Counted from the first letter of the stretch, positions 11,441 to 25,239 are shown. The stretch is DNA of 64,000 nucleotides from Octopus sinensis (GCF_006345805.1 NC_043001.1:133176001-133240000); one strand, 5' to 3'. Notes: a model not told the origin generated them from the letters alone. Translations and numbers: made by a program.

Positions 11441-12703
11441 TTAGAATAAGAACAATAATAAACAAGTGAAGAATGAATATATAGTGTATGTATTGGCAAA
11501 AAAAAAAATGACCATCCCAAAATACAATATTATCATTTAAATTGTTTTCTGAATCACTTTGATTCACACTGGACTTATGCACACCATCACTTGTAGACAT
11601 GATTACCAATTCACAAGCACTTGTAGACAGCCGTGTAGATTTCTTTTTGAAAACAAGTTTAGAGTTGCTTTCTTAGAAGAAGCTTTTTTTCACTCTCAAT
11701 ATATATTTCTTGGTAACACACAGAAGCCTTTGTTATGGTAGTAGAAACTTTTGCACTTTGTTCAAAATTTGGATTTTGAGCTTGAAAAATTTATTATAAA
11801 ATAAAACACATAAACCTGGGGTCTCGTAAAGTGGGTCCTTTTAAAGTGAAGTATTACTGCATGTTAAAAAATAAATAAATAAATGGAATAAAAAAATAAA
11901 TAAAAATAGTAATAATTTGAGGACTATTCCTGTCATTCTCTTCTGGAATTTGTTAATTAATATCTTTTAATAAAATGAAAATTTCTAGAGATACTGGCAT
12001 AATTTTGAAAAAAAAAAAATCAGAGGTCAATCGTGATTGTTTTGTTTGACCTGATGTCCTGGAAAACTGCTTAAGAAAAGTTATCCATTTAGCAAATTTT
12101 AGAAGAGAAAGGGGGGCCATAGTCTTTGAAAAAAATTTTTTCCTGTATAATCATAATTTACATTATCAAAACATATGAGGAAACAAAGCCTAAGGGTGTG
12201 AATTATCCAAGTGCCTTTCACCTCTCCCTACAAAAAAATTTTCATGATCATCTGAAGCATATTTGTACAAAATTTCATTAAAAAATATATCCATTTTTCT
12301 GAAAATTATGAGGAAAGAAAGCCAAGTGAGGGCACACTTGTATAGTTATGACATACATACATACTCAAGGGCTTCGAAGTTATGGCTTATTTACTTTTTC
12401 GGACTTTGTAGTTACAAACGAACTTAATAAATAAATACATATTCTACTAAAAAAAAGTATTGAGTACTTTCATGTTAAACTGTTTATATATATATACGTG
12501 TGTGTGTGGTTTGGTATGTCAGTATTGTCCTCTATAACATGCTGATAAAAACATTGATTGCTACTGCAGTATTGTCCTAGATGTGTTGACAACAGTAGAT
12601 GTGAGAGAGTAATGGTAGACTAGAACATTAGTTGTTTAAATACATTGGTACAAGCCTGCAAAAGTAATACAAAGAATAATGGATATATATTTATATATAT
12701 ATG

Positions 12704-12802
<99 letters not shown>

Positions 12803-12850
12803 AAACAAGTCAAAAATAGAAAATGCTAAATAATTTTATAGTGAACATTT

Positions 12851-12887
12851 CAGTACCAGTTTCGGTCATTTTGAGACTTTTCAACTG
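12851..12887 (-). ncRNA. Hammerhead-like motif with U3-A8 core variant (degenerate)
   Basis: CAG-UUGAAAA-GUC[UCAAAAU]GAC-C-GAAAC-UG-GUA-CUG. Confidence 0.45.
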
Positions 12888-13044
12888 TAATGATTAAATA
12901 ATTAAATTTAGAAAAATTAGAAGAAAAGTTTTTTTAAAAGAATATTTCTATAGTAGTGTTCAGATTTAAGTGGCATTCTGCCTTTCTCTGACTCCCTTGT
13001 TTGCACTTGTGTGTCGGAGGTCGTATATATATGTATATATATAT

Positions 13045-13380
13045 GAAGGCGCATGGCTCAGTGGTTAGAGCGTCGAGCTTACGATCGTGAGGTTGTGAGC
13101 TCGAATCCGGGACCGGGCTGCGTGTTGTGTTCTTGAGCAAAGCACTTTATTTCACGTTGCTCCAGTTCACTCTGCTGTAGAAATGAGTTGCGACGTCACT
13201 GGTGCCAAGCTGTATCGACCTTTGTCTTTCCCTTGGATAACACTGGTGGCGTGGAGAGGGGAGGCTAGTATGCATGGGCGACTGCTGGTCTTCCATAAAC
13301 AACCTTGCCAGGACTTGTGTCTAGGAAGGTAACTTTCTAGGTGCAATCCCATGGTCATTCATGACCGAAGGAGGTCTTTA
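13045..13380 (+). mobile_element. tRNA-headed SINE family B
   Basis: A box TGGCTCAGTGG and B box GCTCGAATCC. Near-identical copies at 61.3 kb (+) and 51.0 kb (-); partial copy at 13950-14175 (-). Confidence 0.85.
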
Positions 13381-13446
13381 TATATATATATATAAATGCG
13401 GCAAAGGAATAAATGAAATACTTTTATTCCTTTGCCTCATTTATCA

Positions 13447-13490
13447 CTGACGAAGAGAAGGTTCTTATGAACTAACTCTGAAATCGGGTC
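13447..13490 (+). ncRNA. Truncated hammerhead-like motif lacking stem I
   Basis: CUGACGA-AGAG..GGUUC UUAU GAACU..CUCU-GAAA-UCGG-GUC, followed by microsatellite. A 14-bp hairpin GGCAAAGGAATAAA/TTTATTCCTTTGCC lies just upstream. Confidence 0.4.
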
Positions 13491-13529
13491 CAATATATAT
13501 ATATATACACACACATATATGTACATTCT

Positions 13530-13949
<420 letters not shown>

Positions 13950-14179
13950 GGTAAAGACCCCACTGTCTGTTATGAATGGCTATGGGATTGCACCATGAAA
14001 ATTACTATACAAAGCACAAGCTCACCTTCCTTCTCCATGCCATTGATGTTATCCAAAGGAATGACAAAGGCTGATACAGTTTGGCACCAGTGATGTCGCA
14101 ACACATTTCTACAGTTGAGTGAACTGGAGCAAAGTGAAATAAAGTGTCTTGCTCAAGAACACAACACAGTCCAATCAAC

Positions 14180-14960
14180 ACTCATTGAATGTCAATACCC
14201 ACCTACACTTATAGAACATGGAATTAAATGTGACAAGAAATTGGACACAAACACACTAAGGACAGCAAAATAAAACACGACACCTCACCTTAACTCACTC
14301 CCATACATATCAACCCACAACCCCAGAAACAATGAAGCATACAACACAATTATACAAAATCTCCCTCTGCTCACTCAAGGCCCAAAAATGAACAGCATCC
14401 TAAATACACACAAACTACTAAAATGCAAAAGACAAGACAATGCAAAATTATACTCAATACATATGATACCAACAGTAAAAAAATGCAGACGACCTAATTG
14501 TAGTATATGCCCATATCTAACTGAAGGCTCAGAATTCACATTTCAGCAAGGACAAAAATTCTCAACTTCACATGTGCTTCCCAGAACCTTATCTATGTCC
14601 TAACCTGGTCAGGTTGTAGTCACAATTATGTGGGCCAAACAAGTCTTGCTTTGAGACACAGAGTCATGCTGCATAAAGAACAGATTTGTTTCCCTCAATA
14701 CAGGCAGGTAGCACTGAGCGGACATGTAAGTAATAAAATGCCCAATTTTCATATCTTTCCCATTATACCAATGCAAAGATTCAATCCTAGTACAAGAATG
14801 CCTAAACAAGGAAAACCTGTTCATACAAAAGTACAGGTCACACCTCAATATACAAATTTGATCATTTTAAAAGATTATACAAAGGAGTCAGTTGTCCCCC
14901 TTGCCAGCTGTTGCCTGTTTTGGTTCACTCTCTAGACTCATTCTTATTTTTCAAACATCC
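14180..14960 (+). mobile_element. Penelope-like GIY-YIG endonuclease relic
   Basis: KCRRPNCSICPYL...LIYVLTWSGCSHNYVGQTSLALRHR (frameshifted GIY-YIG signature). Confidence 0.7.
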
Positions 14961-15581
14961 AAAATGACAAGACTCCTTTGTCACAAGAATTGATTACTGT
15001 ACAATGTCCCTTGAAAAACTAATCTAAATAGCGAAAGCCAGTTGGATTTCATGACATCGCTATAGTATGTATATATCTATAAAAAGATATTAAACTATAT
15101 GAAATGAAGGCATTTCTCTTCCCCTTTTATATTTGTTTTCAACTATTTTCAATTATTTTCAACTACATATGTATATATACACACACACAACTTATAAACA
15201 AGGGCAAAAGAAAAAAATTCCAATGCTAAATATGCTGAAAATAGACTTAAATCGTCAATAACCACATACAATTCATCACTATAAGCACACATCTTGAAGC
15301 AAGTCGACAGAAATTTCTAAAAAATTCCATTATTACCAAATCGGTCCCAATTTCTGAGTTAATTCATAAAGATAGATAGATAGGTATATATATATATATA
15401 TAAAATTATAAATGAGGGTGAAAAATCGATATTAATTTAATAATACCATTAATTTAGCACCAAGTGGCTTAGCACAAAAAACTACGGAGAAAACAGATCT
15501 TGGAAACAGATCTTCTGTGGTTGCTTCGGAGCTATTTTTAGCACTAGAGTTATCCACATAGTGGATAACTCTCTAATAATT

Positions 15582-15625
<44 letters not shown>

Positions 15626-15759
15626 TATATATCTACCTGTTGCCTAGCTATCTACCTACCTTCCTACCTACCTACCTACATACATACATACATACATACA
15701 TGCATACATGCATAATATAAATCTACTACATATAAATGGCAAATGCTTAAATTATTTTC

Positions 15760-17730
15760 CAGAGATCCCAAGTCAGTTTATCGCAGCTTCAATGCAAAAG
15801 TTTCAATCTCAGTAAAAGACACCCCCAACAAAAGATGAGGTTGAAGGCTACTGGAGATCTGTATGGGAAACAAATGATCAATTCAACAAACAAGCTGTAT
15901 GGCTAAAAGAACTGGTGCCAAACTGCTGCAGACTTGTCCAGCAAAAGCATTATGAAATAAATGGCAAAATACTGGAAACAGTTCTACAGAAAATGTCAAA
16001 CAAGAAATCCCCAGACTCAGACTTGATAACAGGTTACTGGCTGAAAAGTTTCACATTTTATTGGTGAAATCTCATATAGTTGTATGCTGAAACTATTAAG
16101 AGCATACAAAAAATGCCCCAATGGTTATCAACTGCAATTACTCTCCTAATTCTTCAAAATAACCAAACTATCCTTGCTAAAATTTACCACCCAATACCCT
16201 ACCAAAACACCCAGTAAAAATTATATACTGGATGCCTCAATCTGTTCTTGCAGGATCATTGCCCCACCAGCAACACTATAGCTCCTGTGCATGTTGGAGG
16301 AAGGAAGGAGGTGTGGGGCTGTATACAGCAGCTACTGATTAACAAAACAACCCAAGAAAAAAACAAAAAAAAATTACAGAAACTGAACTGTAGTGTGGCT
16401 GGACTACAAGAAAGCTTTTGATGGTATACCTCATGGATGAATCATCAATTTACAGTTAGCCAAAGTTCCACAATCACTAGAGACAATTATAGGTATCTTG
16501 GATAAGATGATAATGTCAGATATGATGGACCCATAAATAAGGAGAGGACCAGGAATGAATATCTCAGAAGAGTACACAGAATACAGTCATCTGAACTCAT
16601 ATGTTGCCCACAACACCTCAGCAGTGCCTGTCATAATACCTACATTTGACTTTCTGAACTGGTCACTATAAGAACTCGATGAGGTAGATGTTCGAACTCA
16701 TAAGCTGCTCTGCTATGGGAAACTTCAACATCAATGGAAATGTAGACAGGCTATATTTCCCATACAAGAAGGTGGCCGTAGTCTCAAATATGTATTAATG
16801 TCATATGATGAACAGATTATGACACTGAAACATCTACAGTAGAGGAAAGAGACCAGTAACTATCTTACCCAAGTTTGTGACCCCAAAATCAACATTATTA
16901 GGGTAGCTAATGAACTTCAGAACAGGTATGAAATAAGAGCTGATAGAGATCTCACCCCAAGAAACTTTGGTAAAATCTATTTATTAGAACATTAAAAAAA
17001 GTGGACCAGTTCACTGAAAAGATAGTACATGGGTACTTGGTACATAAAACACGAGCCATAGAAGGGATTGATCATGTTAGAAGCTTAGCATGGAGTACTG
17101 ACAAGTTTATGACATCCTACTTTGAAGGCTACATCCATGCAATCCAAGAAGTACCCTATGAAGTACCTACAGCATAAGAGGCAGAAAATGTTGACAGACA
17201 ACAAATGTAGGCTTTGCAAGATCAATACTGAAGACATCAACCACAGTATTGTCAATGTGAGAATGTCTTCTAGATATCTTCACATGGGGCATGATATAAT
17301 GGCCAGAATAGTCCGGAACATGATAACAAAAACATAAATCTCTACAAACGAAGTTGACCAAATTGACTGATGGGTCAAAAGAATATTGGTGGAACTTAAA
17401 AATTAAAATAGCCACAAATTAAAACACAACCAGCCAGACATCGCTGTGTAGGACCACAAAGAAAAGATATGTTCTCTTGTGGAAATCAGATTCCCTCTGG
17501 ATATGAATGTGGTTAGAAAAATACAAGAGAAAGCAGACATCTATGTACCATTGATAAGGAGTTTGCAAATCCAGTACCCAAAATACATTTTTAGCTTCAT
17601 GCATACTATCATTGGAACAACAGGCTACATACCAACCCATCTGGAACAAAGTATGGCTAAACTTAGGGGAGATAATGCAAATCCTTAACTCATATTACAA
17701 ATGATTATGATATCTGCAAGCTCATCTTAA
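15760..17730 (+). mobile_element. R4/Dong-like non-LTR relic with restriction-like endonuclease
   Basis: LDYKKAFD; CRLC...HS zinc-knuckle remnant; GHD; QPDI...EI..P.D.N...EK motif. Many stops. Confidence 0.65.
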
Positions 17731-19199
17731 GGTTTAAAGGATGAAGATTAAAACAAGACACTTTCCTTCACAACCTTGCTACCAAATAGATGGCTGGTCA
17801 AAATTTACTCTAAATTAAAAAGAGAAAGAGGAGAACATCCATCCATCCATCCATACATACATACACACATCCATCCATCCATACATACATACATACACAC
17901 ATACATACACACATCCATCCATCCATCCATGCAATACACACAGACATACATGGTGGTCTTCTTTCAGTTTTAGTCAACCAAATCTAGTCACAAGTCTTTG
18001 GTTAGCCCTAGGATACAGTAGAAGACACTTGCTCAAGGTGCCTATCCATGCATGTATGTGTGTGTGTATATATATATACACACACACACATATATATATT
18101 ATTGCTTTATTTCCTCCAGTCATTTGGTTTTCCTCCAGTCATTCAAGTTGGTGCCCTAACGTGGTCATAATCTAATGACTGAAAGAAGTAAAAAAAACAA
18201 AAAACATTTGTAGTGGATCTTTCAGGCACGAAGTGGATTTCGATCCTAGATAACCAAATTTAAAATTAACACTTCAACAGAACTTTTCTCACGGCAAGAC
18301 AATAGTTTTTCTGGGTGACAGTTTACATTTGGCAGATGCCTTAGCTAAGCAAAAATAATGTCTTCATCACTTGACTCTTCTAACCTCTTCTATTTCACAA
18401 AAAGCTAGAATTAAGATAACAAGTACCACCAACGAAACCTATTATTTTCAACGATATGTCTATCTTTCTGGATAGTTATAAATAAAAAAAAAAGCCCCAC
18501 CTTCCTCAAGCAAAAGTTAGTCAGTGAGTGATAACTCGAGTCAGAGACAGCTCTCATCAGTTAGTGAACAGACAACTAGATCCATGGTCAGAGGGAGAAA
18601 CGAAGTTTACTATCAGCAACTACGAGATAACTTGCCCCGATTCTCTCACTCTCACTCTCACTAGCTCACTTTTTCTCTTCCAACATCATTCTATCTCTCT
18701 CTGTGTAATTACGTGTAATTACTACAACACAATGACGAGAAATTAAACACAAACCATACAAGGAAAAATTTACCGGTGACTCTACCGTTACACATTTTTT
18801 CTATTTTGTACCTATATATGGGTTTTAAGTGCGTTAAATGCTAAAAAAAAAAATTGGCCAAAATCATAAATTTTCAAAAAAATTTTTTCCATAAAAAATT
18901 GATCCCCATCATTTCGAAGGTCGTGGTGTAAAAAAAAATGGAAAAATCTCCTTCAAAACAAAGAAAATCCAACTTATGATTCGAAACTCCGTCGAGATCT
19001 TATCAATACCACCACCATTAACTTTCCCCAAAAATTAAGAAAAAAGACGAAAGAGAAAACCCAGGTAGCGTGGCTTTTCCCAGTTGTTGAAATTTACTCT
19101 AAATAGTAGCTAAATTTCACACCTCAGCGTAGCACCTGCTAATAAACCTCTACGTTAGCTAAATCTTCCTCAAATCGCACTTTGCTGTCTCGGAAAGAT

Positions 19200-19390
19200 G
19201 GACCCATTGGGATTATACAACACCTAAATATCCCTAAAGCGATAAGGATGACAGAAACGATCATTGGTCAGTTCAAGAAGAATTGAGGTATGAGCCTAAA
19301 CAACAGGTATCAACAACGGATTAATTCTTTTATTCTGGATTGACAGAATTTGCTCCGAATACATTATTCTCCATGGTAACGGTAAACAAA
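19200..19390 (+). promoter_or_regulatory. Candidate JHY promoter with RFX X-box, forkhead site and two reverse CCAAT boxes
   Basis: TTCTCCATGGTAAC at 19367-19380, GTAAACA at 19382-19388, ATTGG near 19205 and 19263, in locally unique non-repeat sequence. Confidence 0.5.
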
Positions 19391-19428
19391 ACCCGCTGAT
19401 GGTTTTTCACTGGTTTTCAATCCGGGTC
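19389..19428 (+). other. Candidate non-coding first exon of JHY (5' boundary unknown)
   Basis: Perfect donor GTAAGT at 19429-19434 just downstream of the X-box. The coding exon at 34471 begins with an acceptor upstream of its ATG, so an upstream exon is required. Confidence 0.45.
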
Positions 19429-19678
19429 GTAAGTATTACATTTTGGATACTTTCTGCTAAACATTCGCGACATTCACTATAGAAAATTCCTCATATAAAT
19501 GAGGAATTGATTTTAATTGTCAGTAATTAATAATATGTTCATTCTCCTTGATAATTTTGTTTACGCTAGTGTTGACGTCGAAGTCTCTGGGGTAGTCGTA
19601 ACCACCCAGAGCAATCCTGATTAAGCAGGCCTACGTCAGAGCTACGACTACCATATATTTTTAAAGGACTTAATTATC

Positions 19679-19928
19679 GGTACTACTTGATATCAGTGGT
19701 CCCGGTGCGCGCACTCGCGTACTCGCGCATCCGCGCTAGCTAGTCATGACTAACCCATCCTTACTTTGTGTTTTCGTGTTTTATTTACTTTGTGTAAAAA
19801 AATTATTTATTTTGTGTTTTATTTACTTTGCTAGGTAGTCGTTGTAGGATCGACTAGTCACGACTAGCTAGCGCGGATACGCGACTACGCGAGTGCGCGC
19901 ACCGGGACCACTGTTCTCAAGTAGTACC
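19679..19928. mobile_element. 250-bp MITE with 74-bp CpG-rich TIRs and 9-bp TSD (MULE- or Merlin-type)
   Basis: TIRs 19679-19752 and 19855-19928 start with GG and match at 69/74; TSD TTAATTATC / TTCATTATC. Confidence 0.8.
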
Positions 19929-20443
19929 TTCATTATCTAATATGTTCGGCAATCTCTCGAAAGATCGCCATATGTTCTTTGCTTTCTCAAGGATGTAGTG
20001 TGAAATTTCAAAGAGATTTAACTTCTATTTCTAGCACGTCGGGTAACCATGAAGATGATCCTTTATTGATGCGGGTTCCCACCCACATCGGCACATCACT
20101 ATCATTGTAGTAGTAGCAGGAGGAGGAGGAGGAGGAGGAGAAGGATCGCTTATTTTGCAAGTCTTTCGAAGCGCAAGGGTTAGTGGACAATTTGTTTGTC
20201 GGAGAAATGGCATTTTGTAGTTTCTGATTCTTAGACAAGGGCAAATATAAACAAACACACACATGTATACAACACAACGCAACACACACACACGCATGCA
20301 TGTATATGTGTGTGTATGTGTACACACGGATTTTACAGCTCTTATATTATGAGATGTGTGTGTGTGTTATAAAGTATATTAAAATGAATTTGGTGTACAT
20401 ACATACATATACTTTATTTTTTAAAAAGTAGCAAAAATATCAC

Positions 20444-20480
20444 AAAAACTGTTTCACATTCCCGTTCGTCGGACAGTTTT
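20444..20480 (-). ncRNA. Hammerhead remnant with stem III and cleavage site deleted
   Basis: AAAACUGU-CCGACGA-ACG GGAA UGU-GAAAC overlaps the stem I 3' strand ACAGUUUU. Confidence 0.4.
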
Positions 20481-20488
20481 ATATATAA

Positions 20489-20787
20489 CTAGCAGTATCG
20501 CCCGGCGTTGCTCGGGTTTGTAAGGGAAATAACTATATAAGCATTTTTAGACAGTTACTTCCCTTATATAATAGCAAAAAAATGCATTAAAAATGGGAAA
20601 AAATTATGGTAATTTTTTTTTTAAATCGTAGACTCATCGTAGATGCGCGCTAATACCCAGAAGGGCTCGATATGAATCACGACTATAAGATACCCGGTTT
20701 TGGTTAAACTGCACCGCAAAATGTGGGAGTAGTTAGGAATCTAAATCGTAGGAGACAGATACACAACTTCTCTTTTATATATAAAGA
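20489..20787 (-). mobile_element. Non-autonomous Helitron, copy 3 (shortest, 299 bp)
   Basis: A|CTAG...GA|T termini intact. Confidence 0.9.
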
Positions 20788-20794
20788 TATTCTT

Positions 20795-21215
20795 TTCTTT
20801 CATTCTTTTATTTGTTTCAGTAATTAGACTGTGGCCATGCTGTAGCTCTGCCTTGAATTTTTAGTCGAATGCATCGACCTCAGTACTTATTATTTAAACC
20901 TAATACTTATTCTATCGACTTTTTTTGTTGAACCGCTAAGTTACGGGGACATAAACTCTCCAACACCGGTTGTCAAGCGGTTGTAGTGGGACAAACACAG
21001 ACATAAAGACACGCTTCCCTCCACATATGCATATGTATATATATATATATATACACACACACAACTAGCTTCTTTCAGTTTCCATCAACCTAATTCACAC
21101 AGTAGGCTTTGGTCAGCCCTAGGCTATTAGCAGAAGACACTTGCCCAAGGTGTCATGCGGTGGGGCTGAACCCAGAACCATGTGGTTGGGAAGCAAGCTT
21201 TATCCCACAGCCACA
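20795..21215 (-). mobile_element. SINE family A (degenerate)
   Basis: Reversed tail, internal microsatellite and reversed tRNA-like head. Confidence 0.7.
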
Positions 21216-21290
21216 TTTGAATGGGAATAAGTATTACCTCTTGGTATTGATACGACCTCTGTTGCTAATATATGTGTGTCAGAATACATA

Positions 21291-21321
<31 letters not shown>

Positions 21322-22020
21322 AATATATGTATGTATGTATATATATATACACACACAGAGTGAGAGAGAGAGAGAGATGTATATTTATATGTATGTGTAT
21401 ATAAGTGTATGTGTGTGTATATATACATGCATGATTTTTCTTTGAGTTTTATCTAAGTTCTTTGTGAAAGAGTTCAAGCCAGTCACTGACAAAGCGACGA
21501 GACTTTTTGAGTTAAGAAAGGTCTGGGTATTAGCGAACATGTGGTTGAGTTGATGTGTTGGTTGAACTGTCGATGCCTTCACCCAAGTGTGTGTGTATCT
21601 CAACACATTAGAATTGCAGATGGAGAATTTTTGGAATGTTTTACAAATCTTCACCATGCCACTTATAGATTGGATTTGGAGTATTTGCATCTGTTTCTTT
21701 CACTCTTTCTCTGTAAAACTAAGTATCTTTAAGTTTTTGTGCCAATTCGTTGGTACATAACCTAATGCATCTATGATAATAGGTACAAATGAGAATTAAG
21801 TTGGGTACAAGAGCTGTAAGTTCTGCATTAATTCACCATAACTTTCTCGTTCTCCTGGACTTTTGACTGTATATTCACATTCACTGGGCAACTGACCTCT
21901 ATAAAAGTGCATGGCTTTAGTTCCCTGTCCCACAAAACAATAACAAGTCTATTATGTTTGCACCGAATTGATGTTTTTATTGGGGTGTTCCACCAGTATT
22001 CCTTGTTTTTAAAGGTGTGG

Positions 22021-22256
22021 ATACCTATTTCTTTATTACCCACAAGGGGCTAAACACAGAGGGGACAAACAAGGACAGACATAGGTATTAAGTCGATTAC
22101 ATCGACCCTAGTGCGTAACTGGTACTTAATTTATCGACCCCGAAAGGATGAAAGGCAAAGTCGACCTCGGCGGAATTTGAATTCAGAACGTAGCGACGGG
22201 CGAAATACCGCTAAGCATTTTGCCCGGCGTGCTAACGATTCTGCCAGCTTGCCGCC
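22021..22256 (-). mobile_element. SINE family C
   Basis: 11-bp TSD TGTGGATACCT at 22016-22026 and 22257-22267. Confidence 0.9.
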
Positions 22257-22444
22257 TGTGGATACCTGCTGGTTCTGACATGTCTTTGGTGTATGCATCA
22301 GGGTAGTTCTTTATGTAAATAATGTTTGCAACTACATCATGCCTCAGGGGCAGGAAGTATCTCACAGACATTTTGGGACAGCTGCCGATGATGTGGGTGA
22401 TATCTTCTATGCTGGTATAGCAGAGCCAACATTTTTAATCACAA

Positions 22445-22839
22445 CTAGCAGTATTGCCCGGCGTTGCTTGGGTTGTAAGGGAAATAACTATATAAGCATT
22501 TTTAGAGAGTTATAGCCAAAAAATAGCAAAAAAATGCATTAAAAATGGAAAAATAAATGATGGTAAATTTTTTTTTTAAATCGTTGACTCATCGTAGACA
22601 TTTTTAGAGAGTTACTTCCCTTATATAATAGCGAAAAAATGCATTAAAATGGAAAAAAATGATGGTAAATTTTTTTAAATCGTAGACTCATCGTAGACGC
22701 GCGCTAATACCCAGAAGGGCTCGAATGAATCACGACTATAAGATACCCGCTTTGGTTACACTGCACCGCAAAATGTGGGAGTAGTTAGGAATCTAAATTG
22801 TAGGAGACAGACACACAACTTCATTTTTATATATAAAGA
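22445..22839 (-). mobile_element. Non-autonomous Helitron, copy 4
   Basis: A|CTAG...GA|T termini; internal subunit duplicated as in copy 2. Confidence 0.9.
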
Positions 22840-23344
22840 TATGAAAGCATGGTAGTATTTTTGTCCTTCTTGTTCAGTAGCTGTCTCCTGTTGTCGGACA
22901 GCAAAGGCATATCCTTCTGGGTGGGATGAAATATATCTATTACAGGTCCAGGAGAAGCTACTCTTCCTGTCAATGCTGTTGTTGCCCTCTAGCTTACAAC
23001 ATATGTATCCATGCATTGCTTTTTGCTGGTATGATGCCAGCTTCTCCTCCAAGCTTCTGTTTAAGTAGGCCATCCAGCCTCCTTTGGGTCACATGAGAGT
23101 ACCTGCACAGTAGTTCTTCTCTAACACTAAGAATGATGTTGCTCACTTTTGAGTATGAATGGAATGTACTCATTTCTTTCTTTACTGTTCAGTAGGTGTC
23201 GTCTGAGTGATTCAACTGCTGTTTGGGCTGACTTTATGCCTCTGTTGCCATCACTTTGTCTCACATAAATCCTATCAACCATTGACAAAATTGTGTGGGT
23301 GACATTAACTTTATTGTTTTCTGCATATCCCAGCATGTAGCCTT

Positions 23345-24250
23345 GGTATTTTACTCTTTTACTCTTTTACTTGTTTCAGTCATTTGACTATGGCCATGCT
23401 GGAGCACCACTTTTAGTTGAGCAAATCGACCCCAGGACTTATTCTTTGTAAGCCTAGTACTTATTCCATCGGTCTCTTTTGCCAAACCGCTAAGTTATGG
23501 AGACATAAACACACCAGCATTGGTTGTCAAGCGATGTTGGGGGGACAAATATAGACACGCAAACACATACACATATACGTATACATACCGTAAATCCTCG
23601 AGTATAATCCGCACTTTTTTCCCAAAATTTAATGGTCAAAATCCCTAATGCTACTATATACGAGGTTAAAAATGAAAAATATTTTCTAAGCAATGTCCGA
23701 GTCTCTAATTGCTGCCTGGCAATGTTTATTCAGAAAACATTTTGTGATATCGGGCACGAAAATACCTTAAGCTAAGCCTGAAAGCAATGAAGTCATAAAA
23801 GAATCATCCATAACTTGCAGTAAGCAACATTTATTAAAATAAAAGTATTCAGAACACAGAATAACATGTAACAAAAACAATTTGCAAACATATTTACATT
23901 CCCATATAACAGTTAAGAACATCACTATTATTGTATTATGCATGCGTGGAAGTGTTTGTTCAACTAGGTGCTGCTGGCTTAATTACGCACAACTCGAGTT
24001 AGAGAAATGGTGCATATTAATCACAATGTTTAGGTTTTTCAGAGGTACAGCCCCCTAAAAATCCCCTGTGTATTATACTCAAGGTTTTACAGTATACATG
24101 ATGGACTTCTTTCAGTTTTCATCTGCCAAATCCACTCACAAGTCTTTGCTTGGCCCGAGGCTATAGTAGAAGACACTTGCCCAAGGTGCCACGCAGTGGG
24201 ACTGAACCAGGAACCATATGGTTGGTAAGCAAGCTACTTACCATGTACTG
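23345..24250 (-). mobile_element. SINE family A split by a MITE
   Basis: 3' half at 23345-23585 and 5' half at 24095-24250. Confidence 0.75.
23588..24092. mobile_element. pogo/Tigger-type MITE
   Basis: TA TSD; TIR CCGTAAATCCTCGAGTATAATCCGC matches the right end at 20/25. Confidence 0.75.
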
Positions 24251-24349
24251 TACTGCCAGTACAAACAGCTTTACAGATAGACTATGCCCTGGAATATACC
24301 TATTGATAGCTTAATTCTGTTTGTACATTCCCTGTTATTGTTGGTTTCA

Positions 24350-24800
24350 ATTTTATTGAAATCGAAACTGAAATTGAACCAATCCTATGACTGGCACCTG
24401 GCAGATGCCAGGACCCCTGGACTGGAGATACGTAAAAAGCACTATCCGAATCGTGGCCGATGCCAGCACCGTGTTGGTGGCACGTAAAAAGCACCATCCG
24501 AATCGTGGCCGAAGCCAGTGCAGCCTTGACTGGCTTTCATGCAGGTGGCACGTAAAATGCACCAATCCGACCGTGGCCGATGCCAGCCTCGCCTGGCTCC
24601 AGTGCAGGTGGCACGTAAAAAGCACCCACTACACTCATGGAGTGGTTGGCGTTAGGAAGGGCATCCAGCTGTAGAAACATTGCCAGATAAGACCGGAGCC
24701 TGGGGCAGCCTTCTGGCTTCCCAGACCCCAATTGAACCGTCCAACCCATGCTAGCATGGAGAACGGATGTTAAACGATGATGATGATGATGATGATGATG
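24350..24800 (+). mobile_element. RTE family D 3'UTR and tail
   Basis: Four repeat units, ggagtggttggcgttaggaagggcatccagc block and (GAT)n tail. Confidence 0.8.
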
Positions 24801-25212
24801 TTTCACTCACATGTCCCTAAATCAAAAGATTTCCAAAATGAACTCTTTACAACACACATCTTTACTGTAAGAGTCATCCCTCATCAACAAAATGACTCTA
24901 CCCAACTCCAAAACTGAGTCAGACCAGTGTTTTGAAAGATTCTATTTTGATTGACATTTCCTTTTATTCTTTTATTCCTTTATTTGTTTCAGTCATTTGA
25001 GTGTCTCCATGCTGGAACACTGCCTTGAAGGGTTTTAGTTGCACAAATCGACCCCAGGACTTATTTTTTAAAGCCTAGTACTTATTCTATTAGTCTTTTA
25101 GGCCAACCCACCAAGTTTCAGGGATGTAAACTCACCAACACCAGTTGTCAAGCAGTGATGGGGAGAAAAACACAGACACAAAGACACACACACACACACA
25201 GATATGTCCATA

Positions 25213-25239
<27 letters not shown>

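Larger units (their letters stand above)
21540..23340 (-). mobile_element. Second R4-like restriction-endonuclease non-LTR relic, split by SINE C and a Helitron
   Basis: IYVRQSDGNRG; KAMHGY; FAVRQQE; YLPLRHDVVA; HNRLVIVLWD...FIEVSCP. Confidence 0.65.

Noticed and set aside
13048-13125. tRNA gene calls for SINE heads (families A, B and C)
   Set aside because: Each head continues into a shared SINE body and tail, some copies have TSDs, and there is no clean cloverleaf with a Pol III terminator.
15546-15572. 12-bp palindrome containing a DnaA-box-like TTATCCACA
   Set aside because: A single short hairpin in animal repeat debris with no bacterial context; treated as coincidence.
18535-18565. 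Minus-strand CUGAUGA-GAG...CUC hammerhead-like start
   Set aside because: It is followed by GAGU instead of GAAA, with no stem III or stem I.
18720-19200. Possible divergent minus-strand first exon sharing the JHY promoter (donor-like CG|GTAAAT near 18773)
   Set aside because: The donor is weak and no downstream minus-strand host exons could be identified in 1-18.7 kb; not supportable without RNA data.
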